Origin: Kondoa subrosea
Taxonomy: Eukaryota
Assembly: GCA_039545335.1 (NCBI GenBank)
Contig: BCIN01000006.1
Location: forward strand, 558,001-622,000
Direction of reading: 5' to 3'
DNA: 64,000 nt
In this document: piece after piece, positions 36,950 through 49,440 of the stretch
How positions within the stretch are numbered: the first letter of the stretch is position 1
Layout: each line of letters starts with the position of its first letter
Notes under the pieces: generated by a model
Told to the model about the DNA's origin: nothing
Database searches by the model: none
Seen by the model: only the letters and a program-made list of their open reading frames with translations
Made by a program: the position numbers and the translations under genes

Positions 36950-38242
36950 ATGTCGGCCGCCGCATCAGCTGTATGCACGCGATGCAAAGCGACATTCAAT
37001 CCCGAGGCCAACACAGCGGCCGACTGTCAGTTCCATCCAGGCGGGCCTGTCGTGAGTTCTACAAAGGAATAGCAAAGTGAAATTGCTGAGGTGATTGCTG
37101 CGCTAGTTCCATGAGGGCAACAAGTCATGGTCCTGTTGCAGCAACATCAATAAACCTGTCCTGTCCTTTGACGAATTCCTAGCTATTCCAGGCTGCACTT
37201 CAGGCAGTCACTCAACAGAGAAAGTCCAAGTCGCTGCTCCGGTCCTATCTGAGGCTCAAGAGAAGGCTAAACAAGCTTCTGTCATTCCTTCACCTGTTTC
37301 TTCTTCTTCTTCCTCGACACCTGCACCTTCTCCCAAACCAGTAGAAACTTTGTCCATTCCACCTAGACCTAAACGCACCTCTTCATCTTCAGAACCACTA
37401 GAAGCGTTATCGATAAGTAAAGAACTCGAACAAGATCCTTCCGATGTCGTGCCAGGCGAAGGAACTAAATGTCAACGAACTACCTGTAACGCACAATACA
37501 CAAATGGGATGGAACGATCAGAAGAAGAATGTACTTTTCATCCTGGTGTACCTGTCTTCAGAGAAGGCTCGAAAGGTTATATTTGCTGCAAGCCGAAAGT
37601 TTTGGATTTCGATGATTTCCTCAAGATTGAGGGTTGCAGCAAGAACAGGCATCTGTTTGTCGGTCAACCGAAAATGGAGGTCAGTAGAGCGCCGAATTAG
37701 CTGCAATGAAGCTTAGTTGGCGCAAGTGTTGACAGAGCGAAGAGAATGTTAAAATTAGGATAGATCATTATCAAACACCAACACAAGTTCATGTTAGTCT
37801 CTTCGGCAAGGGAGCAGACAAAGCCGCATCATCGATTCAATTTGACTTCTGGGAGGTGCGAGAGAAGGTGTCTTAAAGGTATCAATTGTCTGAGCTACCT
37901 CATCCCCACGCACAGATTCGCTACGATCTTCATCTACCGAATGGCAAGAAGGCGAAACGGACAATTGTGAGTCCTACTATTCAATTATTTGTTACGACGA
38001 ATAAAGACAGCCTGTTACAGCCCTTATTCGGGCCTATCAATCCATCTAAATCGACTTACAAGATCATGAGCACGAAAGCTGAAGTCGTACTTGTCAAAGC
38101 AGACGGTCGAAGTTGGTCAGGTTTAGAGCAAGATGATTCGGATGGCAAATGGAATCAAATTACTTTCGGTGTAGGTGGTCGCACGGGAACAGTAGGCAGC
38201 AGAGAGGAAGTCAAAACACATGCTGTGCATGCTAGAGATTAG
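36950..38242 (+). CDS. CHORD-domain Hsp90 co-chaperone (two CHORD + CS domain; CHORDC1/Chp-1 like)
   Basis: CTRCK...CQFHPG...FHEGNKSWSCC; CQRTTC...CTFHPGVPVFREGSKGYICCKPKVLDFDDFLKIEGC; IRIDHYQT; LFGPINPSKS...LVKADGRSW. Confidence 0.93.
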
Positions 38243-38387
38243 AGTAGAGCTACTAGAATACGAATGCCCTTGAAACTGAACACAGTGCATTTTGTTCCTA
38301 AGGAACGATGCTTTGACTAGTAGAGAGAGATAGAATACACGATATGATATATACCCAAAACCACATTTTACTGCCACCGCCGTACAT

Positions 38388-41039
38388 CTACATGAAGTCC
38401 TTGAACTTGCTCTTGGCTCGCAGTCTAGCGCCGAAAGTGTAGATGAACCATAGGAATCTGTGCAATTAGTCGCTCAAATTAGATGGTATCAAAATTGAGC
38501 AGAGTATAGGCGTACGGAATGAAAGCAACGGTAGCGAAAGCCAAGTAAGAAGTGCCCCAATCTACACCTGCATTGCGGTAAAGCGGAGACGCGATGTGAA
38601 GCATGCCGGCAGCTAGAGCTGATCGACAGAAATCATTTGCTGCCAGTAAGGATGCTGCAAATCGAGGGCTGCAAATTAAGTGTCAGCAGTGTGTTGCAAT
38701 CAGCAATCCATAGAGACTCACTAAACCACGCTGACGTAGATCAAAGAGCATTGGAAGAGGAAGCTGTCAGTACGGTCAGCATACTGTACCCTGAGCAGCA
38801 ACGAAACTTACAAGTTCGCGAAGGCCGTCAATGCTACTGCGATTAATGGAACATACCACGCTTGTCTTTCCGCCGTCCACGCATACATGAAGCTAGCGGG
38901 AAATAAGCCGAAGGTATGTATGTACGAAGAGAATACATACAGAGCTCCAGTAAGGATGAAGGAAGCGACTAAAGCGCTATCCCATCTCCTTTCGTGCGGA
39001 CACCCATTATTCTTGATGGTGAATGGTACAACCCAATAAATTTGATATAGCCTTCATATCCATTTAATCAGTTCCGCGTCACGGCCAGAGAAAAGAACAC
39101 ATACACGTAGATGAAGCAACCGCAAAATCCACCAACAGCGATGCTGACAAATGCAACACCTTCCAAGCCTAACGAGAATTGGTAGTGCTGGCCGAAGACG
39201 ATAGGGAAAGAAGCGAAGAACATGTAGTAGATAGCATAGATCAACGAAGCTGCTCGGGCATCAGTGCAAGTGCATGCCGGTCAAATGTATACTCACTGTA
39301 CAAATTTGCGAAACAGATTGCTGGATCGAGCAAACCAATTTTGACTGGTCTGAAGATTGTGTGCATAAAGAGATGACCGGGAGTTAATTGACTATCGCAT
39401 AGGTCAGATTATATTGCGATCATGGAACGGTGAAAGACTGGCGCTTGTTTGATTTCTGATGCAGATCTGAGCTGATGGTTTCCAGTCAATTTGCGCAGTC
39501 GCCTAGCTCTTTTGAGTAAGATATGGTCGGCACTTGTTTCGGGCAAGCAGCAGAATATGACGATCCATGTGAAGGCTAGAAGAACTTCAGAAAGTGCGGT
39601 GAAGAGGTCGACAAGCGGAGCATTCACCCATAATCCAGAGCAACTCCCACATAGTCCTGTCATGCCATCAGAGATTGCAGATGCACTGCATTTAGCAGAC
39701 TCACCAGGTCCATCCTTTATATTCTGCAGCAAAACCAGCGAAAACAGGGAAGATACTAGGACCTGTCAGCCACACCTTCGTACTTAAGTAAGGTAGCTAC
39801 TTAGCACGATTGGGACTGACCAAGATATGCTGAGAGGACCCAAAAGCTGTACATGATTGGTAGATAGGTAGTAGAGACCTATATTGAGATTTAGCAGGTT
39901 GGGCAAATCACTTTGGAATTGCTGACCATATCACTGCGCGGGCGATTAGCATAAAACCCGACAAATACAAGAAATCACTTACCCAAGTGTCGCACCGCCT
40001 GTTGCTAGACAAGATGACCCCTAAACACTCTATAAGCACTTGCACCGCGAAAGAGAGAGCGAGTCTGACCATCAAACCGGTCAAGAATCGCAATATCAGG
40101 AGAGTAGTGAACGAGTTTGTGATAGGCGCGCCAATCTGCAGGAGAAGAAAGCCCAGCATTGGCCAAACATAGAAGCCATTTCGACCAAGACTTGGAACCT
40201 CTATAGATGCACTTAGCATGTACAGAGAGAATGGTAGCGGGATATGTTACCAGTCATTGGTGCGAAAAGCATAGCACCGAATCCTGTCACAGAGATTTAG
40301 CACACCATAGCTGCCTGGACAATTGCACTCACCATAAGCTAGCACGTAAAGAGACAGTGTGAGGATGACCATTTGTTCTGAACTTTGACCTAGTTCCGTA
40401 GCGATCGAAAGCCATCCCTGTTCCAATCGGTTAGTCAGAGGTCTGCTAGACGGCCCGCATTGAATCTTACTCCAGTAATGATGGAAGAGCCTCCATATAC
40501 AGCACCTTGTCCAGAATATCAGCTCCGATACGCAGAGCCCAGAATACTATTCACATGTCATCAAACTATGATTCGAGGAGAAATAAGCACAGCTTGGCGA
40601 GATATTAATCTAAAGACTGACCATACTGTATCAGAGTGGAACGCAAGTCAGCTCAAAGGCTCCACTGCTACATTTAGACACACTCACGAACACCTGTAAC
40701 GAAGCCTTTCTTAGCTCTTGACCAATTTCTCGGATTTTCAGGATCGTTTGGACCCTCCCAATCGACAATAGTGAAAGAGTAACCATCAAACTTCTCTCCA
40801 TTCTTTGTTTTTAGCTCGATAGCATCTGAATCCTTGAGTCCAACCTCTTCTTCGACGCTTTCAGTTCGATAGGGATCGGTTTTGGCAGAGCCTGGCGAGT
40901 CTGGGACGGACATGGATCGCGTAGAGTATTTCTCTGGCACCAGATAACCAGACCTTTCATCGGGGTATTGCAAGACTTTGTGACCGGAGAGAATGCGTAT
41001 AGTTTTGCCTAAGAAGGTCTCTCTAAAGAGGTCCTTCAT
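38388..41039 (-). CDS. MFS DHA1 multidrug/polyamine transporter
   Basis: MKDLFRETFLG...QYPDE, VDWEGPNDPENPRNWS, EVPSLGRN, LPETSADHILLKRARRLRKLTGN, LLAANDFCRS. Confidence 0.93.
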
Positions 41040-42574
41040 GATGATGGGAATGCGAGAAAGGAAGAGTACAGTGTTGGTCGAGCAGGACAAGCAAGCGAAA
41101 ACGTTTGCTTTAAGAAGACTAGAAGAGGTATTATAAGATCACATGGCACAGGTTAGAAATGAAGAGGCAGATAGAAGTCTCGGGAAGTCGCATTTTTGTG
41201 CTTAAGGACTTTGATTTGAGTGCGTACAAGTGTCCGTAGGATGTACAGGTCCATTCATTGGGCCTAGGAAAGTCTCCCATGCATTAATGTTGGGACGCAG
41301 TGCTGGCGAGAAATGTTGGGGAAATAGCAAGAGGGAGCTGTCTCTGGTCGAGCACAGAGCAAATGCAATGCGCGAACAGTGAAGCACAACGTTGGACGAT
41401 TGAATCCAAGATAGTGTTTGCCTGCTCGCAGATCGAGGCTCAGCCTCATCAACCTGTTCAACGATATCATTTCTGAAGAGGATACATGCACAAGGAAATC
41501 ATGAAGACGAAGAGCAGCAAACAATAGATGGGACTCAGTGTGAGAGCTCGAGGTTTCAAGGATGTTCGGCCATTTCAGAATCACGAACAAACGGTCGGAA
41601 CGAGGAGAAAGCAGTACTCGCTCTCGCACTTCAAGGATCGTTCCAAAGCTTTCCAGCAGGACCACTGTCCAAGTGCAGCAATTCTTTCCCCCATGCGACT
41701 ACTTGCTCATAAAAAAATTGCTTTCAAATCTGCTTGTGTAAGCGATGAAACCTTGCACTGAAGGCATTCCTGTCAATTGTTCCAACGCTATCTCTTGATT
41801 TGACGGGTAGATTTGCCTTCGGCGCATTCAGACTTTACATATACTACGCTCTTGGATGTGTAGCTTGTTCCTCTTTGAGAAGCTGATCTTTGCTGTATTG
41901 CTGTGCCGCTAGTCGTACTGCACTGCTTCCTTGCAGTCCATTTGCTTGTGTGCCACAGCTAATTGGTCTCAATCATGTTTTCTGGGGAAAAATCGAGGTT
42001 CGTTGGAATTGCAATCGAGCAGAACGGACGAAAGCCTGGACAACGTGCAGCTAATGAAAACGTTATGCGCTGACGGCGGAATGCGGCTTATCTCAGCGCT
42101 TCGGCCAAATCAACCTTCTTTTTCATGGGTATCAAATTATCGGCGAGTTCCTGCGCTGCTTCGCCTCACAGGAACATACATGTCTGCCACTAGTTGTCAG
42201 ACTTGCTCAGAATGCTAGAATGCTCGATTTCTTCCTGTCGCTAGAATTGATCTCCGCTGTACCTCAAGATAATATGGCAGTCTCTCCGACAAACTTTATC
42301 TGCCCGATCATAATGCACATAATGCGCCTTGCCGCTGGACCAAATGTTATCGTTAGTGATTATTATTGGCTCTCCGCAGCGGTATAAAATGGCAGGTGAG
42401 ATATTCTGTTTTTCTTTCTTCACCTAAATCATTCCTTCTCCAAGGCTTTCCTTCTACCAAGGCTTTTCTTCTTCAGTCACTCTTTAATAGTGAGTCTTCA
42501 CTATATGTACGACCCCATCGATCTGACAGGCTGCCAGACTCACACTCCTTTACAACACAAATCTACAACAAGAC

Positions 42575-43375
42575 ATGTTCCACCGCATTTCTCTCATCAT
42601 TGCCACCGCGGCCTTCTTCGTTCTTTCAGCCCAAGCTGCTTCTTGGGACAAGCCAACTTCAACATTGGTTGAGAGACAAGCTGCAGCTGCACCGTGAGTA
42701 TTATCGAAGCATACAAGAATATCACTCAATGACTCCGCACAGCCTTGTAACTGCATTGGCATACGTCAGAGTCAATGTTGTTGGTGGTGTCATCGACGAC
42801 TGCGTCACTGCTCAAGTTGCGGCTGATGCTCCAACCGATGTCGTTACAAGTGCTATCGAAGCCAATGCCGCTGCCCTTATTGTAAGCTTGAACTTTATAG
42901 TCTATCTCTTTCAGCATGAGCTCATCCATTGCACCAGAAACTGGGACAACTTACAGCCCTCAACATCTGTGCAGCCGTCAATAACAGAGCTCCAACATGT
43001 GATGCAACGACTGGTACCGGTTGTGGATTAGGCGATTGTCTTCCAGGCTACGTACAAGATGCGCAAAGCAACTGTGTCATCCCTCAGCCCAGCTCTCGAG
43101 CTCGTAGGCGTCATCTGGCAAGATTCTCTCTCTGCCCAATCTCCTCTGAGACAGCCTGCGCTATTGATGGTTCTTCTCGACTCACTTCTGCTGATATCGA
43201 CGCTCACAACTATGTCTGCCATGATCTTTCCTCTTCCATCGAGTCCTGCGGCTTTTGCGGAAATGTTTGGTATGTATCCACTGTGTCTTATCAATTACGC
43301 TTAAACTGATAACGCAATGTGTGCAGCACTGGAGCGAATGAAGGATGCATGGATGGCAAGTGTGTCGGCATCTGA
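42575..43375 (+). CDS. Small secreted Cys-rich PriA/Cpl1-like protein, copy 1
   Basis: Signal peptide MFHRISLIIATAAFFVLSAQA and three introns. C-terminal LCPISSETACAI...YVCHDLSSSIESCGFC...CMDGKC. Confidence 0.8.
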
Positions 43376-43724
43376 AGCAAAGACAACAATTGGCGCTGGG
43401 GGTTTGGCAGTATCTGTGGTCTGTACTCTGTATTTTTGACAGTTTCTATCTTCTAGCATGGGGTAATTGCAATGTTATGTTTTGTTCTTGTTTCAATTGT
43501 GTTGTCACTGTCGTGTGCATGTGCTTTCACGTCTGTGGTCTGCAATCTGATAACTTCATAATTCGATCTTTGTGACCTGTTCGACCACATACTATATATC
43601 TTGCAGCAGTATACCTGATTGAGATCTGATCCGAGACAGCACGAAGGACCTGACAAGCATAAAAGATAGGCAGATATAGGCTGCAAGAGCGCGGCGTGTT
43701 TGCAATTTGGAATCTTGGCCAAAC

Positions 43725-44832
43725 ATGAGCGTAGAGGAAGAGCCAGTCGTCGTGCTTTCGGTCAAGGATCGTCTCAAGGCTTTCCAGCAAGCTCAGTCGC
43801 CAAGTCCAGCAGCAGCAGCTCTTCAACCCAAGCTGCTTACGCGCAGGCCGTCATCAGATTCAATCAAGTCTCTCTCACAGTCTATAGTCTCTGCTTCTTC
43901 TAAACCCTCCTCACCCGGTCAGAAATCGACGTCTCCTCGTTTGACTTCTCCTGTTCAACCAGTCCGCAAGACCTCAACCAGCGATCTTTCACCGCATAGG
44001 CCATATCCATCTGTCAAATCCCTCACATCGCCTCGCAGCACAAATGAACCCTCTTTCAGAGTAGAACCACCTTCTCCCCAATTATCTTACCAACCGAGAA
44101 TGAATCCACCCAAAAGATCAGATACTGGATCAAGTACGATGACTGTACCTCTGACCAATAGACCTCCGCCAATCTTACCACCTAGAAAAGCCAATTCCCT
44201 GTCCTCTACTCCAAGCCCTTCGCCAGTAGGACTGAAACCTTCTTTACCTCCTCGACCTCTGATCAAATCTTCCCCGATGCCCAATTCGAATTCACCAAAG
44301 ACCAATTCACCCAAATCTCCACACGGTCATTCTTCTTCTATGCATTCTATATCGTTATCTTCTGATGGAGGTGATGATCTTCATGAACGTCTAGAAGGGT
44401 TAGGTATCTCTTCTTCTCCTGCCAGTCAAGCACCTACTTCTTCTGCTGCGCCTTCAACAATATCATCTTCTTCTGGTATAGAAGCAAGAGGGAAAGTTCG
44501 ACCAGTAGATCCAAGAGCGAAGAAACGCTATGAGAAACTTTGGATGTCGCAAATGAATTTGATGATGGATGATGGTGGTTTACCTGGTAGTTTTATTGAA
44601 GACGACGCAAAAATGTCGGGAAATGTCGTTGCTGCTATTTGGAAGAGATCCCAAATACCGCAAGAAAGATTGAGAGCGATATGGTGTGTTTCATTTTCAT
44701 CTCGAGCTACGAAAAATCAATGCTGAATGGAGAATAAGGAACGAATGTGATGTTGAAAAGAATGGATCGATAGATAGAAATGGGTTTATCAAGGGCATGT
44801 GGCTGATCGATGAAGAACTACGGAACAGATAG
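43725..44832 (+). CDS. Pro/Ser-rich protein with C-terminal EH domain (Irs4/Tax4-like)
   Basis: Poly-proline motifs PPILPPRK and PSLPPRP, then KRYEKLW...VVAAIWKRSQIPQERLRAIW|NECD...GSIDRNGFIKGMWLIDEEL. Confidence 0.8.
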
Positions 44833-45109
44833 CAACCTCAAGCAGATTGAGCTTTTGGATTGGACTCCCTGCGCAAGATATCGGTCAACATAGCTGATCA
44901 CCTTCAGGATGGGTTAGGCACGACTTCAGACGATGAGATGATGGTGCATCGGTCCGAAGGCATGTTTCAGTATTGTTGTCATAAAGGTTGACTAATGTAG
45001 TTTCCGTATTCACAAAAAAGATTGAATATTGAAGCAAGAGAGAGGGTCATCTCAGGTCACATCTCTGACAGGAGCTTGCAGCACAACATACATTGCACAC
45101 ATTGGGAAA

Positions 45110-45390
45110 CAAATATTCGCTTAACCGTATGCAACGAAGCATGTTGTTCGCCTTGTTTGTACTCGTTCCAAAGCCGGCCTTTGCTTGCTCTATACTACTA
45201 GAATGGCTTCAACCAGGCAGCAACAAGATAGAATGAAACCTCACCTATGCTAAAGTACAAACTTGGAGTCAAAGGAGATTGTGTCTTGTTGGCTGAGGGA
45301 GAAGGAACTACCGCTACCAGGCTTAGGACAACAGCTTCACCGGATTTCGCCTTGTGGAAAGCTTCAAACCTGGTCTCGCATTCGAATCTC
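45110..45390 (+). pseudogene. Truncated, internally deleted cysteinyl-tRNA synthetase remnant
   Basis: ATGGCTTCAACCAGGCAGCAACAAGATAG matches the CysRS start at 48281. It is joined to sequence encoding KGDCVLLAEGEG...[11 protein letters not shown], which matches 49290-49440 with frameshifts. Confidence 0.85.
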
Positions 45391-45402
45391 GAATCTGTTC
45401 GA

Positions 45403-48400
45403 CTGGCTCGACGAAATCATAATGTAGAAAGGTTAGATGCGCAAGAAGATATATGCGAGTCTCGCAGATCCGAAATGAAGCACAGCAAGGATAAATTCCA
45501 GTGATAGAGCTCAATGTTTCAAGGATGTTCGGCCATTGAATCACGAAGAAACGCGAAGAGAGGAGACCGGTGCTCGCCCTTGCAGTCGAGAATTGGTCCG
45601 GAGCTTGCCAGCAAATTCACTCCCAAGCCCAGCAATTCTTCCATCCATGCGACTACTCGCTCATAAAAACTTGCTTTCAAATCTGCTCGTGTAAGCGACA
45701 AAACCTTCCACGCGTGGCTCTGAAGGCATTCTTGTCAATTGTTTCAACGCTGTCTCTTGATTTCGTGGGTAGATCTGCCTTCGGCGCATGCAGACTTTAC
45801 ATATACTACGCTCTTGGATGCGCAAATTGTTCCTCTATAATTAGCTGGTCTTTGATGTCTCGCTGTGCCGCTGGTCGTGTTGAAATGCTTTCTTGCGGTC
45901 TATTTGCTTTTTTATATCTAAGCTTGACATTCTCGATCATGTCTATCTGACTAAAAATCACAATCACAATCGAGCAGAACGTACAAGAGGCTGGACAAGT
46001 AGCTGTTGAGGCACGTCATGTGCTGACGGCAGAATGCGGCTTATCTCAGCGCTCCGGCCAAAACAACTTTTATAGACATTCAAATATAGGCGACTTTGTG
46101 CGTTGCTTTGCCTCACAAAGACATGCAAGTCTACTACTAGATACCACAAATGCTCAGCAATTCTGGAATGCTGAATTTGTTTCTGTCGCTAGAATCTGGC
46201 CCCGCTATACCGCAAGACAACAGGGCGGTTTCTCCGATAAGCTTTGCCTGCCCGATCGTAATGCACATAATGCGCTTTGCCGCCTGGACAGATGTTAAGG
46301 TTTTCGATTATTATTGGCTCTCCGCTGCAGTGCGAAATGGCAGGTGAATTATTGTGTTTTCCTTGCCTCATCTGATTTCTCCTTCAAGTTCAGCTCTTCT
46401 CTTTGGTCACTCTTTATAGTGAGTCTCTTCAATACGTGCAATTTCTTCCATCGATCTGACAGCTATTAGACCCACACTCGTTAACAACCCAAATCCAATG
46501 TTCCACCGCATCTCTCTTCTCTTTGCCACCACGACCTTCTTCGTCCTTTCAGCTCAAGCTGCTTCTTGGGACAAGCCAACTCCAACCTTGGTCGAGAGAC
46601 AAGCTCCAGCTGGGCCGTGAGTAATTGCTGAAGCATATATACAAGAACATTACTCATCAACTCTGTACAGACATGTGACTGCATTGGCCTACGTTAGAGT
46701 GAAAGTTCTTGGTCATAAAATCGACGACTGCGTCACCGCTCAAGTCGCAGCTGATGCACCAATCGATGTCATTACGGGTGCTATTGAAACTAATGCGGCT
46801 ACTCTTATTGTAAGCTTGCACAACATGATGTATCTCGTTCAGTTTGAGCTCACACATTACCTTCAGAGTTTAGGACAACTTTCAGCCCTCAATGTTTGTG
46901 CAGCCGTCAATAATAGAGCTCCAACATGTGATGCGAAATACGGCACTGGTTGTGGTTTGGGCGACTGTCTCTCAGGCTACGTACAAGATGCGCAGGGCAA
47001 CTGTGTCATCTCTAAGCAGCCCAATTCTCAAGCTCGCAAACGTTATTCGGCTCGAATCCCTCTCTGCCCAATCTCCTCCGAAACAGCCTGCGCTATCACT
47101 TGTTCTTCTCGAACCCCTTCTGCTGATATTGACGCTCATAATTATAATTGCTACGACCTCTCCTCTTCTATTGAAGCTTGCGGATACTGTGGCAATGTTT
47201 GGTATATGCTCTTTCTGTCTTGCAAGTCAGCTTGATCTGATAATGATACGCACAGCACTGGAGCGAATGAAGTATGCATGGATGGCAAGTGTGTCGCTAT
47301 CTAAGGCCAGGGAATGACATTGGGTTTGGCATTTTCTGGATTACATGTATTTTCTTTTCTAGCATAGATTAATCACAATGTTTTGTTTTGTTTCTTCTTC
47401 CGTTTCGTCCTTCATTGTCATGTATTGTATCAGATCTATCACGTCTCTCTTGCGAGTCTGCTCAGTCGAACGGCTCTGTGACCTGTCCCGTTAGACAACA
47501 TTTCATATCCTTAGCAGCGTTCGAGACTCAGTTTTGATCTCAAGAGGCCGAAGATCTGACGAGCATACAAGGCAGGCAGGCGGAATGTTGGAGAGCGAGA
47601 CGATTTTACCAACACTCTTTCGGCTTCTCCAATTCACAATATGGTTGAGGTGTCGAATTCCTGGCAGAAGTGTTGATTCAGGTGACACCGGTCCATACTC
47701 GGTGGTTCAATTCTGAACTCTTAATGTCACTCTTTCCGCATAGAGGATCAGGATGTTGGAGCAAAGAAATTGAAATTGAAAATGAGAAGAGAGAAAAAGA
47801 GAGGAAAAAGAGAGCAAGAGAAGAAGGAAGTAAGAGACAGCAGACGATGTAACAAGACGTAGAAGGCTCAGCTGTTTTCTTTTTTTTTAGCATTCACTGG
47901 TACTGTTGAGGTAGCTCATCAAGCGAAAGCTACTCGCACGAGGGAAGGACAATTGATGCTTGACTGAATGGATTGTAGCATAGGCATACACTCTTTACTC
48001 GACTGCACGGCCTCCTGTCTTGCTTCGGTAGTCCTAGACGTTCTTGCATAATTTGGATTCATGGCCGGTTGCACGCAAGTTGGGGTTTGTTTTAAGCCCT
48101 GAGCTGCAAAGATGGTTCAGATCGTCCCAGTCTTAGTGTCTGACTTTCATGTACAAAGATAGCTGTTGCCAAAAGAAAGCAAATAATATTCATTCGCTTG
48201 ACTGCATGCAACGGACCCTGTTGTCTAGCCTTGCCTGTACTCGTCTCAAACTCAGCCCTTGCTTGCTCTTTACCACCAGAATGGCTTCAACAAAGCAGCA
48301 GCAAGATAGCTGGCTGGCTCCTTCAGCACTCGAACCTGTGCCAAGTTTGAAGGTCTACAATTCTCTTACTCGGAGTAAAACAGAGATGATTCCTACTCAA

Positions 48401-49440
48401 GGGAAGCTCTTTACGTGGTACAACTGTGGTCCTACTGTCTACGATGATTCACACATGGGTCATGCAAGAAATTATGTAACTCAAGATTTCATTCGACGCA
48501 TTCTGCGCGACTACTTTGGTTTTAATATACACTTTGTCATGAATATCACAGATATAGACGATAAGGTACGCTCAGTTGTGGATCAAGGCAAGACTTTTAA
48601 TGAACAAAGGAGCCGTACAGATCATCTTGCGAAGTCGCGAGAACTATCTGTTTAGCGAATACGCTTCCCAACATCCTGATCTATCGCAACCTCTTCTGCA
48701 AGATACTGAAGCCGCTTGGCAAACTTATTGCAAGAAGAACTTTGAACCCCTTCTACCTCCAGAACTTGTCGCTCTAGCTACAGATCAATGGTCTCAACTT
48801 CTATCCAAGCTAGAAGAAAACAAGGACACGCTGCTAGAAGGTCTGAAAGCCAAACATGAGAAATTCAGCATGTATCTAGCAGCACTTTCAATCGCTCGTC
48901 AAGCAATGAACATTTCTTCTCAAGCACTCTCATCACCTTCTTCTTCTACATCCTCTTCTTCTTCTTCAGATCTACTGAAAGCTACTGAACCAGTTCTTGC
49001 ACCTTGGCTGGATTCACAAAAAGGATCAACAGTAACCGATCCAGCAATTTATCGAACTCTTCCAGCTAAATACGAGAAATCATTTATGGACGATATGACT
49101 AGATTACGTGTTGAACCTCCAACAACTTTAACAAGAGTGACCGAATACGTACCTGAAATCATTAAATTTGTCGAAAAAATCATTAAGAATGGTTATGCTT
49201 ATTCAACGGAAGATGGTAGTGTTTACTTTGATGTAAAGAACTTCGATGGAGCAAAAAACAATAACAATACTAAGGATCAAGAAGATTGGAATCATACTTA
49301 TGCTAAATTACAACCTTGGAGTAAAGGGGATTCTAAATTATTAGCTGAGGGAGAAGGAAGTTTAGCAACTGGATCTGGCAAAAAAGCTTCATCGGATTTC
49401 GCACTTTGGAAAGCTTCGAAACCTGGTGAACCAGCTTGGG
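45403..49440 (+). repeat. Copy B of the tandem segmental duplication
   Basis: See copy A. Copy B retains a PriA-like gene and the intact CysRS 5' part but no intact EH-domain gene. Confidence 0.75.
46498..47304 (+). CDS. Small secreted Cys-rich PriA/Cpl1-like protein, copy 2
   Basis: Starts MFHRISLLFATTTFFVLSAQA. Same three intron positions and Cys pattern as copy 1. Confidence 0.8.

Larger units (their letters stand above)
41455..45400 (+). repeat. Copy A of an old tandem segmental duplication
   Basis: 41540-43670 aligns by eye, with substitutions and indels, to 45501-47580. 45110-45390 aligns to parts of 48185-49440. Confidence 0.85.

Noticed and set aside
47600..47900. Purine-rich stretch encoding EKREKERKKRAREE followed by a T run
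   Set aside because: Low complexity with no supportable gene model; possibly debris within duplication copy B.
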